DNA of 64,000 bases, taken from the NCBI RefSeq assembly GCF_009914755.1, contig NC_060938.1. One strand, 5' to 3'. Position numbers and translations under genes: made by a program. Below, piece after piece: positions 14,801 to 27,926 of this stretch; positions within the stretch are counted from its first letter, which is position 1, and every line of letters starts with the position of its first letter. The notes beneath the pieces are model-generated. The model did not search any database. It was not told where the DNA came from and was given only the letters and a program-made list of their open reading frames with translations. Origin of the DNA: the human T2T-CHM13v2.0 reference genome, Homo sapiens.

Positions 14801-17031
14801 ACTTTAAAATGTAAATAATGTCTATCCCATTATCACAGGATTCCTATGGGGCTCAACCCCACATTTTGTTTAAAAAAAGTAAAAAAAACATAAATTGCCC
14901 TTCTATGTCTGATGTTACTACTATGGGGCATTGCACATATGGACACCAAACTTTTCCCTTAAAAAGGAAAATGGATTTATTCTTTTAGATTAAAAGTTAT
15001 AAATAAAGCTATCAGATTAAAATATATTAAATATATCCACTGAATCTTGGTTTGTAATTTTATGGTTTTAAATGAATGCTCTAAATATAAAGAGAAACAA
15101 TGAAAAGTTATTAAGTAGGAGAAACCTACTATTCAGTGACTAATATAGATAAAGGAAATTGGAATCCATGCAACTAATAGACTTTTCTATTAGGGTACAG
15201 CCACAGCACGTCTTTCCTAATAGAAGCAAGCCTGAAATGATAAGTTGTTTGGATCACATTAATTAACATTCAGCTCTATTAGATTTGTACCTGAGGTTGG
15301 GTTCATTTTACTGGTGCTGATGAATATCAAACTACACAATATCTACGCACATTATATTAGAATAAAACATGTTTTACATTGAAGGCAAATTTTAGATTCG
15401 ACTCTTAATAATGGTCTTTTATATTAACTCAGATAACTAGAGATAGTAAAAGAATGAATTAAAATTCCAGTGAGCCAAACTACAACATTGATAATAGTAA
15501 TGAGAATTAATTCTGTGTTGATTTTATGGTGCCCTTGCCTCGTAAGTATATATAACTCTGGAGTTTATGAGGCATGTTTATAGATCTTAACTTCTTAATT
15601 TTGTAATGCTGTCCTCTTAAAATTTTTGCTTGAGACGGACAAAACCTCCTGAATTTCTTCAATTTACATGGGCATTTTTACTGGGAAAGAGCATGCAGCC
15701 TTCATCAGATTCTCAATAGGGTTTATTAACAAAAAATGTTGAGAAATCACCCTTAAAAGGCAGGCAGCTCTTAAATGCTTGTTCTCACTGAAGTCCTTCT
15801 AAAATGATATTGCATGGACTCTATCAGTCTCTTAGCAGCTCATCTGTAGAGGTACCAACTGATCAAAAATTCAAAGTTCTTAATTGACATACTCAGGTTT
15901 TTTAAAATTTAAAGATCCAGATTGGTAGCTCAGCCATATAGCTAAATTGAATAATTATGCAAATGCTGCACAGTATTTAATTGGACCTTTTGGAATGAAA
16001 ATAACCCAGGTGTGCACAATTCTTTGCAATCTGGAGCAACCATTCTAATATATATCTGCAAGTGACAACATCTTGTATGTAAACAGGCAGAGGAAAAGAG
16101 TTCTGGCTGCCCTCCCAGGAAAATATACATGAAAGAACGTTTGTGTTACAGCATTTGTGTTACAGCACATACATATTTCTGAGTTGTTTGTTATTAAAGT
16201 CCCATTGTATGAAAACAACTATATAGACAGACTGGCAATCCAGAGAGTTGGTAGTTACATAAACAGGTCCCACGGCTACCAATAATATTAACACGGTATT
16301 CTTAGCCCTTAAGAAACAAAACACAGAAATTTCTAATACTGGGAGTTTAAAGTGCCACAATGGAAAAGCAAACTCAATTACAAATGCTGGATTCCACCTG
16401 GAGCCTATTCTTTTTCATTTTCTTACTTCTGTTTCTGCCACCTTCCCTTCTTCCGATAACAGATTTTCAAGTACTGCTCTTAGAATTGCTAAATGTGTTC
16501 AGAGAATGTGTGATAAGATCTGATTCTCCTGGAAGGCCAGGTTATTTTAATCTTTCCATTTCTCACACCAACCATTTAACTAGGTATTATTTGTTTCTGG
16601 ACGTCACAGCTAAAGACACAACATTTTACATGAAAATGTCAGTGTTGAAAATATTATTTATCTATCTATCAAAATGTAGCCACGCATCTGTTCTTGTTTG
16701 ATTCTAGTAAACCATAACCCTAAACATGACACAAAAGGGGCTAGTGAAATATTTGCCGAGAGCGGTACTCTAAGTTAACAGTAAATAATTGAAAATAAGT
16801 AAGTCAAAACCAAAACCAGGAAAGTTTGCATTCATTCCCAATCATACTTTAACAGAACTTGCAGCTGCCACAGATTCAGACATCTTCGTCTTCCTGTGGA
16901 GCATTTGTCTTTTCATAGCAGAGGACAATCTCTGTGACTTTCTTATATCACTGAGACCATCTTGTACAGTTTATTTCAACAGCAAGAGTGTTCTTTTTCG
17001 TTCCATGCCACCAGTGACAATACGAAACCAG

Positions 17032-17440
17032 ATCTAACTGAAACTTCACTCAACACATTCCCGACCCGCCACCCCAACCCTAATAGCCTCTCATAACCAC
17101 CGTTCTACTCTACTTCTATGAGTTCAACTTTTGCAGTCTCCAAAAAGAAGTCAGGTCATGTGATATTTGTCTGTGCATGGTCCATTTCACTTAGCATAAT
17201 AGGGGGACTAAGTTCAAGAGATCTACTGCACAACATGGTGACCATAGCAAATAATAACATCTTGTATTTTGAAAATCACTAAGGGAGTAGATTTTAAGTG
17301 TTCTTAGCAGAAAAGAAAATACAATGAGGTAATGCCGGTATAATTTAGCTTGATTCAGCCATTTCACAACTTGTATACATTTCAAAACATTATGTTGCAC
17401 ATGATAAATATATACAATTTTTATTTGCCAATTTGAAAAA
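17032..17440. mobile_element. L1MA 3' end with 5' inversion (17032-17200 minus, 17201-17440 plus)
   Basis: The two segments are consecutive parts of the L1MA 3' consensus in opposite orientation. Confidence 0.8.
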
Positions 17441-20400
17441 CAGAGAAGTCCCTCTTCAGAACCTGTCCTATGCAGCTGTCACTCACTTGGCTTTGTAAGC
17501 CTGCAGACAGTGTCATTTAAAATATTTTCCTCTGTACCATAACACTTTTCCTTTTAATGATATATAAGAATAATATTTCTCTCTAAATAGTTATTTCTTT
17601 AACTTTGAAATAATTCAGCATCTCATGATTTTGATTTCCATTTCTCCATATATACATTTTTTGGGGCTCTGTTCTGGGATTTAGGGCTAACCTTTGTCAT
17701 GGAGACATCTGTTTTTGGCAGTCTTTGTTTCCAGGGAGTGAAAATGTGTGTAGAAAGAATTGAATAGCTACATCTTAGGTGACACAATTGAGGAACTGGA
17801 TGAAAGATATTTGTGGAAAGCAACATAATTATTCAAACTGGAATATGGCCATTGCCCTGGGTTTCATATTTATCTTCATAAGCAAAGTGGTTTGGGATTC
17901 TGTGCAAGTATAAGGATTTAGGATTTAAACACTAAACCACATCCCTGCACGGAGCACATGGGCTTTGTTGTTGATAATCATGATAGTCGCACAGGAAACT
18001 TGACAGTGACAGCAGGGGAACAGCACAGTATCCTACTTGGCCACTGGTAGGAGGATGCAATTTAAATCCTGGCATGCATAGAATAGCCTCACTTATCTGT
18101 GGATTGTTATTGTAATCTACATAGTAAGTTTCAATCAGAACTCAGTTTTGTGCAGTTGATTTCCAATTCCCGACTCTGCATCATTAGGGTACAATGTTTT
18201 CTGTAAGATTTCTTTGTAATATTATAGAGAGAAGAGCAGAACAAATGCAGTTATTCCTCTCAAAGTTCAGCTGAATGCTACTAATAGTTCAAGAATGTGG
18301 ATTGTAATGGTTCTGTGCATTGAAGGAACACAATGGCAAATGACAAAGATGACACTAAGTGTGAGCCACAGCTATTGTTTTGATAGCCCACTCTGCTTTT
18401 CTAGTTAACTTTCTTAGAACCGTCAGTTCCATATTTAAGACTAGAGGATCAGTTCTGATGGTGCTCATTCAAACTCTTGCCAACTGACATTTAATGCACT
18501 TTAAAGTTGTTAAAACCAAGAGCAGGAAATGTTACACTTGTAGTATCAAGCCTGGCTCATGAGAAAGTTCCATCCACTATTCTGGAAAAAAAAATAGAAC
18601 TAGCCTGCAGGACACAAAGCTACCTGTGGTGATCCGAACTATGCTTCTCAAAAATCTTTCTTTTGTTTGGCCACCTTTATAATAGGAGTTCTCCAACAGA
18701 GAAAGAGCTGCTTACAGCTTCAGAGTACAGATGGATAATTGTTGCTGTGCCATCTCTGAACATCTTAGATTGAGGGTCCCAGAGAACCTCATGTATGTGA
18801 ATGTTAGCACAGTACAAAAGATGGGACAGAGCTTTCCAGAGCAGTAACAGACAGCTGTGCCCAGCACTTTCTTCTAAAAGTTGGAGATGCTGGATGGAAA
18901 ATTTGTCATTGTTTACATAGCACCCACACACACACAAAAAATCCTGACTCACTAGCTTCTGTGTTGTCATTTTTTGGTCCATGGTTCTATTGCTGCCTAA
19001 TTTTCATACGGGACCCTCACAGTGGTTAGTCTGCACAGTAAGGAGTCAACTGTGACATCCTCATCCTTGAATGCTAGACTCCCCACTTTCTCAGCTCAAT
19101 ATTCCATGTGTCCAAAGTAATACTGTTAGTATCCTACATTATTCCAGGATCTTGTCATGCCACTTCAAGAAACAAATTATCACCGCTTTCTAAGACTTAC
19201 CAAGCTAGGGGTGTTGTAAAGTATGTATGCAATTGACTTTTGACTTTTGATTCTTATGTTGAAAGGCAACATAAAAAATAAGCTTCCATTAATGTAATGA
19301 TATAGTGTTAGGAAGACAGTATCTACAGTCCATTCAAAATATTCTGAAAATTATAGTATTGATTTTGGAACAGTTTTGATTCCATTGGCCATAGCGCTTA
19401 CCTTAAGTCATTTTTTTTTTAAAAACCGTCTTATCCATTTCATATGTTTTACAGGCACTAAAATGGGGCACAGAGACTAAGTCACTTAGTTGAGTTAACC
19501 AATAAGTAAAATTGCCTTCATATTCTGCTTCCTAATGTTGTATCTTCTCTAGCAAGTTCAAGAGAGCTTACTTTCTGGAAGCTTTGCTTGTTAGTAGGAT
19601 GTATAACCTGTGGGAAAAGACCCAGCAGCATCCACTTTTACTTATCTCCTTGCCTTCTCTGAAAACACACTGAACAGAAATATCCCCATCTCTTTCTCCA
19701 TCGTGGGTTTTTCCTTTGGGCCACAAATAGTGAACGCCACTGCTTTACAAAGTTATTCTTTTCACCACTAATAGTTCTTTGATGTCATTTTTTGTACAAG
19801 TGTCAAAGTTTTTCTCTAGAGGCTTCCACACCGTTAAGTTCTTGCTTTTGGATTCTTTCTAAACCAAATAAATAAATCTTCGAGACTGCAGGTTAATCAA
19901 ATGCCTTCAAACATGAAGGCTGTTTAGGAGCTAAGCTGCACGGACATTTTCCAACATTTAAACTCTTCATGCAGCATCTTCCTATCTCAATTTGTACCCG
20001 TTAGCCAGTTCCACAGGGCATATTGGGAAATACCTTTTATTTTCAATATTTATATTTGTCTTATAGATATTTGTCCTTTCAAGTAGGACAAAGTGTTAAT
20101 GACCTGCCTCTATCAAAAAATTCTACCTAGTAATCCAAGATAAGCAGTGTGTTCCTAGTGAGTTGCTTACATAAAAGCCAATATATTTTGTACTGAATAG
20201 TATACAGTGTTAAAAACTCAGCTTTTTGAGGGACCCAAGCAAGCCTAACCTACATGATTTTACAAAGACAATACTTAAAAGTCATAAAGTACTAAGTCTC
20301 AACTTTCAGACTTAAGACTCATAAACGTTTTAATTTTTTATCCCTTAAAAATGTTATTTTTTGGCTAACAGCATTGAAATAAGCGTTACTATAGATTAAT

Positions 20401-21019
20401 ACTATGAAACAGGAACAAAACTGTTGAGCAGACATTCTCCCAGGGAAGGACTGTGTGTGAACACATTAAACTTACGCATAAAAGTGGAGACTGTAAGTGG
20501 GTTCCAGGGTTTCCCCACGCTGACTTTTTAAATTAAATGTGGCAGTATTGCTAAAAATAAAATTTAGTGTTTCTCAAATTTTTTTTAGATAGATACCTCA
20601 TATGGTACTCACAAGTAGTGTGAAAACTTAAGTAGTATATCCATCTAAAGCAGCACAAGCAATATGTCAGCACCTTTTCACTATTACCACAGAGAAATAG
20701 TGTTGGAGACCATATTGAAAATGACTGTAGTCTGGCTGAGGAGATATTAAGTGACCAGATGGCCTCTGGCACTTCTGTTTTCAAAGCTGCCTTATAGCGC
20801 CTTTCTCACTTTGTGATACCAAGCTGCTGCCATGCTAGTGTCCACCCTCGAACACCATGCCACTCAGACATGGTGGGATTCGTGTTTCTGAAGGGGCACA
20901 GTAGGAAGCTCATTCTTGGGCCTTCTGGCCTGCCTGAGACTGTGCTAGCAATACAGTCTCATTGTGCACAAAAGAAGCCATTTTTCTTAACACCTTTGAG
21001 CCATTAATGAAACCTACCA

Positions 21020-21432
21020 GTTAGAGGTGGTCAAAAGACAAAATTACAACAAATTTAGCTTAAAGATGTATTGGTTTTACTTGCAATTGTAGAATTGGGC
21101 AACACCTTGTTCTATAAAATAGTATGTTCTGATGAGCTGGGCAAGGTGTTGTCTGACTTTATGGACAGAAAAGGACTGAAGAAAGCAGAAACAAAATGAG
21201 AAGTAGACGGGTTGTTTCAACATTTCCTTCTTTCTAGGCTTTAAGCAGAGGGTACTTTCTTATGCTGGATCAGGTAAAGGGCCCCTTCTGCTTGGTTGCT
21301 ATGAATCTCCTGTTTAAAAAGAAAACAAAAACACCACACAAAAAAACCTGACCCATTATGGTTTGGTCTGGTTGGCTGAGGCCTAGGGCCGGAGTCTAGT
21401 CTAAAACAATGGCCTCCCCTAAACTTGAACAG
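21020..21432 (-). mobile_element. ERV solo LTR (LTR47-like)
   Basis: aaaagacaaaattacaacaaatttag…ggtttggtctgg…aaaacaatggcctccc resembles an ERV LTR consensus. The subfamily is uncertain. Confidence 0.55.
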
Positions 21433-21589
21433 GGTTACATTGTAGAATAACATAACAGGGAATGAAAAGAGAAATGTGATGCTCTTCAACAATTGGTTTA
21501 TGGGGCCTTTAAAAAAGTGTGTATAGAGTCAATGATGAATTAAGATGCAGTGTGAAAGAAAATGACACAGGACAGATATTCAGAGATCA

Positions 21590-21884
21590 TTTGTTCAGTT
21601 TTAAAATCAGATTATTAGTATTGCTGTTGAGTCATTTCAGTTCCTTGTGTATTCTGGTTATTAATCCCTTGTTAAATGAATAGTAGAAAATATTTTCTCC
21701 CACTTTTTGGTTGTCTCTTCACTTTGTAGATTGTTTCCTTTAGTGTGCAGAAGGTTTTTAACTTGATGTAATCATGTGTCTATTTTTGCTTTTGTTGCTT
21801 ATGCCTTTAAGGTCTTATCCCCCCAAAAATCTTTGCCCATACCAATGTCTTATAGCATTTCCCCAATGTTCTCTTCTAGTAGTT
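21590..21884 (-). mobile_element. L1M ORF2 3' fragment
   Basis: gttccttgtgtattctggttattaatcccttg…gtgcagaaggtttttaacttgatg is antisense L1. Confidence 0.8.
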
Positions 21885-24214
21885 GCAGAAAGCACTTGTA
21901 ATTTAACAGCTCAGGAAGGGAATCAAATCATTCAGACCAACTGAAGCTTTCAAAATGTTACTGCTTGAATGGGCAGAATATCCAAAAACATTTATTGTGT
22001 GATCCTAACATCTACATATTAGAAACTGATAGAAAACTTCTGATGTATCAGTAAGATGATAATTACCCTTGTAACATTTCTGGAAGCATGTATGTATGTA
22101 TGTATGTATCTATTTAAACGAATGCTTGTATATCTAGCATCTCTTTCAATTGACTCAATACCCAAGGAATTTTATCTCCATTTTACAAATAGGAGAGATT
22201 ATGACTTATTTCAGGTCACAGAAGTTGGATCACAGCTGGAACTTTAGTCCAGTTGGGTCTAGAAATTCAATTTTCTTTTTACTTTCATGACTAAGGACCA
22301 CTCTATAACTCTGAGGTAAAAAGAGCAAACATAATGAAGTTATTTAGAGTAGTGTTTCTAAATCTAATTTTGCATGAGTCCCTTGGGGAACTTTTAAAAC
22401 ATGTAGATAACCAGGCACTTCCTGTTATCCTTTTTCCACTGCCCCTAGCAGACAGACTTAGTATGTCTAGCTTAGGTAACCTGGGATTGTGCAAAAAAGT
22501 AAATCTTCAGAGTCCCTCTGAATATCAATTCTCATTATGCAATTATGACTCCTAAGGCTTAAAAGTATGAAATAAATCTGTAGAGATCTTAGGATCTCCT
22601 GTGGAAGTTGTTTTTGTGCCTAAAGATTAGCTTGTTTGTAAGTTCCCATACTCAGTGAGAACTGAATATTTTAAAAAACTGGTGAAGGGTGGCACTGTAT
22701 TTTAATGTAAAACATGCAGGACTAGATACAGTCACGGCCATTCAATTTTTTAAGTTGTATATCTTTGGGTGAGTTACTTAGCTTATTTCAGCCCAGATTT
22801 ACTGCTATGTAAGGTGTAATTATAATTATTGAGTAAAATAAACTAAAGCATTTAACACGATGTCTGGCAGAGACTAAGTTTTTAATACTCTTAAAAACAT
22901 CTTCTGGAGGTAGGCTTCTAGTTAATTAGTGTTTTAATTATGTAATTATAATTTTTGTTTCCTTTCTCTGTCCTCATATTTGCTAGAAAAACACTATGTC
23001 AACCATTTGATCATACTCATTTGTTTCTAAGCATATATCTTAACTAATCTAGAGACCCATATTCATTGAGCTTTTGGAATGACTGGAAAATTTCTCAAAG
23101 CTTCCTCCCTTATCTACGGTTTAGTTTACAAAAATTAAATAAGCTTATGATGTGTGTCTCATCCACCCAAGTACATCTGCAGGGCTCCTCTATTGTAAAT
23201 CAGCTGCCTAAGGCTCAAGTTAGACACAGTCAAAGCCCTGTATATTTAGGGTACATAATCTTGATGTCAAGTGCTGGAGTCTTGGGCAAACTTTTCATCT
23301 TTTTATGTAAAACTGATTTCCATTAAGTATGAAAACACCTTGGTGGTATTGATTTTATGAACCCTGTACATTCCCTGCAATGAAGACAGATTTTAGGGTA
23401 AAAGAGGATGTTTGCAAGAAATGGCGAGTTTTATTGTAAGAGAACTTACCGGCCCTATAGAGAGGAGAAAACAGGTTGGAATGTCCAGCTGCTACCACCC
23501 AATGGGATCCCAGCACAAAGAAAACAGTCAAAATTATGTTCATCATGACAGAGCAAATGAGCTTTTGGGGAAAACAGAAGCAAAATAAACCTTTTTGAAT
23601 AATTTATTATTCTATAAACACAATCATAAAGCATAATGGTATCAGTTCAGGAGAAAGGTCCCACTGCTCCTGTGTTCTACGTCAGTGGCTGCAGGGCCAC
23701 AGCAGGCAGAGATAACCAAGCACGCTTTCACTGCCCTGATCACCATTCCCCCATTAATAATTTGCTTGGCCCTTTCCTTCCTACTGCCTGAAGAAAATCA
23801 ATGTTTGGCAGCTCTAGGTTGAATTACTGTTTATTTTATCTTTAGCCTACACAACTGCAAAAGGAAAGCCTGAGTTTTCCAGTGCATATTCCAATACCTG
23901 TTTATGGAAGTGAGAACGAGTCAGATAGTGATGTATTTTTTCAGAGAGTTTCTTAAGCCAGCTGTGGATAAGAAGGTCCAATTTGCATTGGAACTGCTAA
24001 CTAGGACTCAGGGAAATCCCATCTGGTTTAGAGAAGAGTAAATGAAAATAAAACAGAATTGTGAATGCAATGCTTCAATAATTAGTTTGCAAAACATGTA
24101 TCCACTGCCTTGTGTGGGCAAAGCACCATATTAGGAACTATAGAGGACTGCAAGAAAAACAGAAAAACAGAGTGGGCTCCTTTTGCAAGGTATTCGTGGC
24201 TATTCCAGGCATCC

Positions 24215-24710
24215 TTTCTTCTTTCAGCAGTGATCTCCTGAGTTATTACTATGTGCCTGGCGCTGTTCTGTGGACTGCGGACAAAGACAAAGTCTCTGCT
24301 CTCTTGGAGCTTATATTCCAGTGAAGTGGGGGAGGACTAAATGTAAATACATGGGCAAAAGTCAGCTAATAAATACTGTGCAGAGAATCATGAGGAGTTG
24401 ATGTTCAGTTAGTGAGCAGGCTGGTTCGTTACTAGGGAAGATGTGAAGGGCCTCTGAGAAGTAAAATTGTAGCAGAGACCTAAATAACGAGAAAGACCTA
24501 GCCAAGCACTGAGCAAGGCAAGGGATGTTCCTGGAAGGGAAGCCAGAGAGTATGGCCAGAGCCCGAGATATCCTGGGTCTGGTGAGTCATAGATGAGACT
24601 GGAGTACTGGAGTAGGCAGCTGGCAGGTCACAGTGGACTTTCCCAGTGAGTCAGGGATTTTGATTTGGGGAAACCTTTGGGGATTTTAAAGAGGAAAGTG
24701 ACTTGATCTG
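24215..24710 (-). mobile_element. L2 fragment
   Basis: ctactatgtgcctggc-like motif and ctcttggagcttatattccagtg are L2 3' hallmarks. Confidence 0.6.
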
Positions 24711-25280
24711 ATTTTTATTGGATACTTTAAGAAATAAATTTTGTTTTGTATACTTAAGGAATACAACATGATTCTATGAGATATATATATATAGTAAAAT
24801 AGTCACCATAGAGAAACAAATTAACATATCTATCATCTCACATAGTTATACATTTTCCCCTTATGTCAAGAGTAGCCATAATCTGATTTAGCAAAAATCA
24901 TGAATACAATACACTATTACTAACTACAGTCCTCTGCACATTAGATCTTTAGACTTGTTCATCCTAAACACCTGTTACTTGGTATTCTCTCACCTACATG
25001 TCATTTCCTCTCCCACCTCTAGTAACCACTGTTTTATTCTCTATCTCTGTGGGTATTAGACATTGTTTTTTTAGATTCCACATATAAATGAGATCATGTA
25101 ATATCTTTCTTTCTATGCCTGGCTTATTTCTCTTAGCATAAAACCCTGCAAGTTATGTATATTGTAGCAAATGGCAGGATCTCCTTATTTAAGGCTGAAT
25201 AATATTCCACTTAATATTTTATAATGTGTCCATCCCTTGACAGATACTTCGATTGCTTTCTATCTTGGCTAATGTGAATA
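24711..25280 (-). mobile_element. L1MA 3' end
   Basis: tacaacatgat…attaacatatctatcatctcacatagtta…ttagattccacatataaatgagatcatg. Confidence 0.8.
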
Positions 25281-25872
25281 TAGGTCGGGTTTGGTTCCAA
25301 ACCATTTCAACAAAGTGAATATTACAACAAAGCAAGTCACATGAATTTCTTGGTTTCCCAGTGCATATAAAAGTATGTTTATACCATACTGTGCTTTGTT
25401 ATATGTGAAATAGCACTATATCTTTTAAAAAAATACTTTGATAAAAAATACTTTACTGCTAACAAAAATGCTAGTGATCAACAGTATTCAGCGAATGTTT
25501 TTGCTGGTAGAGGGTCCCGTCTTGATGTTGATGGCTGCTGACAGATCAGGATGTGGGTGCTGAAGGTTGGGATGGCTGTGGTAACTTCCTAAGACAAAAA
25601 TGATGTTTGCTGCACTGACTGATTTTTCTTATCACAAAAGATTTCTCTGTAGCATGCAATGCTGTTTCATAGCATTTTAATCAGAGTACAACCTCTTTCA
25701 AAATTGGAGTCAGTCCTCTCAAACTGTGCCTCTATCAATTAAGTTTATGTGATATTAATATTTAAATATTTTGTCATTTCAGCAGTGTTCACAGCATCTT
25801 CACCAGGAGATTACTTCTTATGAAGTCATTTTACTAATCCATAAGAAGCAACTCCTTAACCATTAAAGTTTT

Positions 25873-26247
25873 TTAAGAAAAATTAATTTTAATAGTTTTG
25901 GGGTTATAGGTGGTTTTTGGTTGCATGGATAAGTTCTGTAGTGGTGATTCTGAGATTTTAGTGCACCCATCACCTGAGCAGTGTACATTGTACCCAATAT
26001 ATAGTCTTTTATCCCTTGCCCCCTCCCAACCTTCAAGTCCCCAAAGACCATTATATCATTCTTGTACCTTTGTGTCCTCATAGCTTATCTCCCACCTATA
26101 AGAGAGAGCATACAATATTTACTTTTCCATTCCTGAGTTACTTCACTTAGTATAAATGGCCTTGCACTCCATCCAAGTTGCTGCAAAAGACATTATTTTG
26201 TTCCCTTTTATGGCTGAATAGTATTCCATGGTGGATATATTTACCAC
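25873..26247 (-). mobile_element. L1PB 3' end inserted in Tigger1
   Basis: L1PB-type 3'UTR with TSD attaaagtttt (25862-25872 / 26249-26259). Confidence 0.85.
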
Positions 26248-27728
26248 TATTAAAGTTTTATCATAACATTACAGCAATTCAGTCACATCTTCAGGTCTTA
26301 CTTCTAATTATCTTGCTATTTCCACCATATCTTCAGTTACTTCCTCCACTGGTCTTAAACCCCTCAAAACTCTCCATGAGGTTTTGCATTAAACTTCCTC
26401 CCACCTCCTGCTAATGTTGATATTTTGACTTTTCTCATGAATCACAAATGTTCTTAATGGTATCTAGAATGGCGGATCCTTCTAACAATTTTTTCAATTT
26501 ATTTTTCCCAGATCCATTAGAAGAATCACTATCTATGGCAGCTATTGCCTTACAAAACGTGTTTCTTAAGTAAGATGTTAAAGTCAAAATTGCTTTTTGA
26601 TCCATGCACAGCAGAATGGATGTTGTGTTAGCAGGCACGAAAACAATGTTAGTCTCCTTGTATATCTCCATCAGAGCTCTTGGATGACCAGGTGCACTGT
26701 CAATGAACAGTACTATTTTGAAAGGAATCTTTTATTCCAAGCACTAGGTCTCAACAATGGACTTAAAATATTTAGTAAACCATGCTGTAAACAACTGTCA
26801 TCTAGGCTTTGCTAGTCCACTTAAAGACTACAGGCAGAGTACATTTAGCATAATTCTTAAGAACCCTGGGAATTTTGAAGTGGCAAATAAGTATTGACTT
26901 TAAGTCACCAGCTACATTAGCCCTTAACTAGAGAATCTGCCTGTTCTTTGAAGCTTTGAAGCCAAGCACTGACTCCTCTTCTCTAGCTGTGGAAGTCCTA
27001 GATGGCATCTTTTTCCAATATAAGACCATTTTGTCTACATTAAAAACCTGTTGTTTAGTGTAGCCACTTTGATCAGTTATCTTAGCTAGATTTTCTGGAT
27101 AACCTGCTGCAGCTTCTACATTAGAACTCGCTGCTTCACTTTGTGCTTTTATATTATGAAGATGGCTTTTTTTTTTCTTAAACCTCATGAACCAACCCCT
27201 GGTAGCTTCCAACTTCACTTCTGTAGCTTCCTCACCTGCCTCAGCCTTCATAGAATTGAAGAGTTAGGGCCTTTCTCTGCATTAGGGTTTGGTTAACAGG
27301 AATGTTGTGGCTAGTTTGATCTATCTAGACCACTAAAATATTTTCCATATCAGCAATAAGGCTGTTTTACTTTCTTATCATTCGGGTATTTACTGGAACA
27401 ACAATTTTAATCTCTTTCAAGAACTTTTCCTTTGCATTCACAACTCAGCCAACTGTTTGGCCCAAAAGGCCTAGTTTTTGGCCTATTTCAGCTTTCAACA
27501 TGCCTTCCTCACTAAGCTCAATCATTTCTAGCTTTAAAGTGAGAGGTGGGTGACTCTTTCTTTCACTTGAACACTTAGAGGCCACTGCAGTGTTATTAAT
27601 TTGTCTAATTTCTATATTGCTGTGTCTCAGGAAATAGGGAGATGGGGGTGGGGGGCTGGAGAGAGACAAGGATAGACAGAGAGAGAGAGAGACCGACCCA
27701 GAGAGACAGAGAGAGAGACAGAGAGAGA

Positions 27729-27926
27729 GACGGAGACGGGGAGAGAGACGGAGACGGGGAGAGAGACGGAGACGGGGAGAGAGACGGAGACGGGGAGAGA
27801 GACGGAGACGGGGAGAGAGAGGGAGACGGGGAGAGAGAGGGAGACGGGGAGAGAGAGGGAGACGGGGAGAGAGAGGGAGACGGGGAGAGAGAGGGAGACG
27901 GGGAGAGAGAGGGAGACGGGGAGAGA
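27729..27926. repeat. 18-bp minisatellite, 11 units, within a GA-rich tract spanning ~27655-28035
   Basis: 5 x GACGGAGACGGGGAGAGA followed by 6 x GAGGGAGACGGGGAGAGA. Confidence 0.95.

Noticed and set aside
26435-27251. Transposase-like ORFs as a possible domesticated gene
   Set aside because: They are short fragments with frameshifts and stops, and the element carries an L1 insertion and a damaged TIR.
27729-27926. Regular repeat array as a CRISPR-like locus
   Set aside because: The units are head-to-tail with no unique spacers, in a eukaryotic intron.
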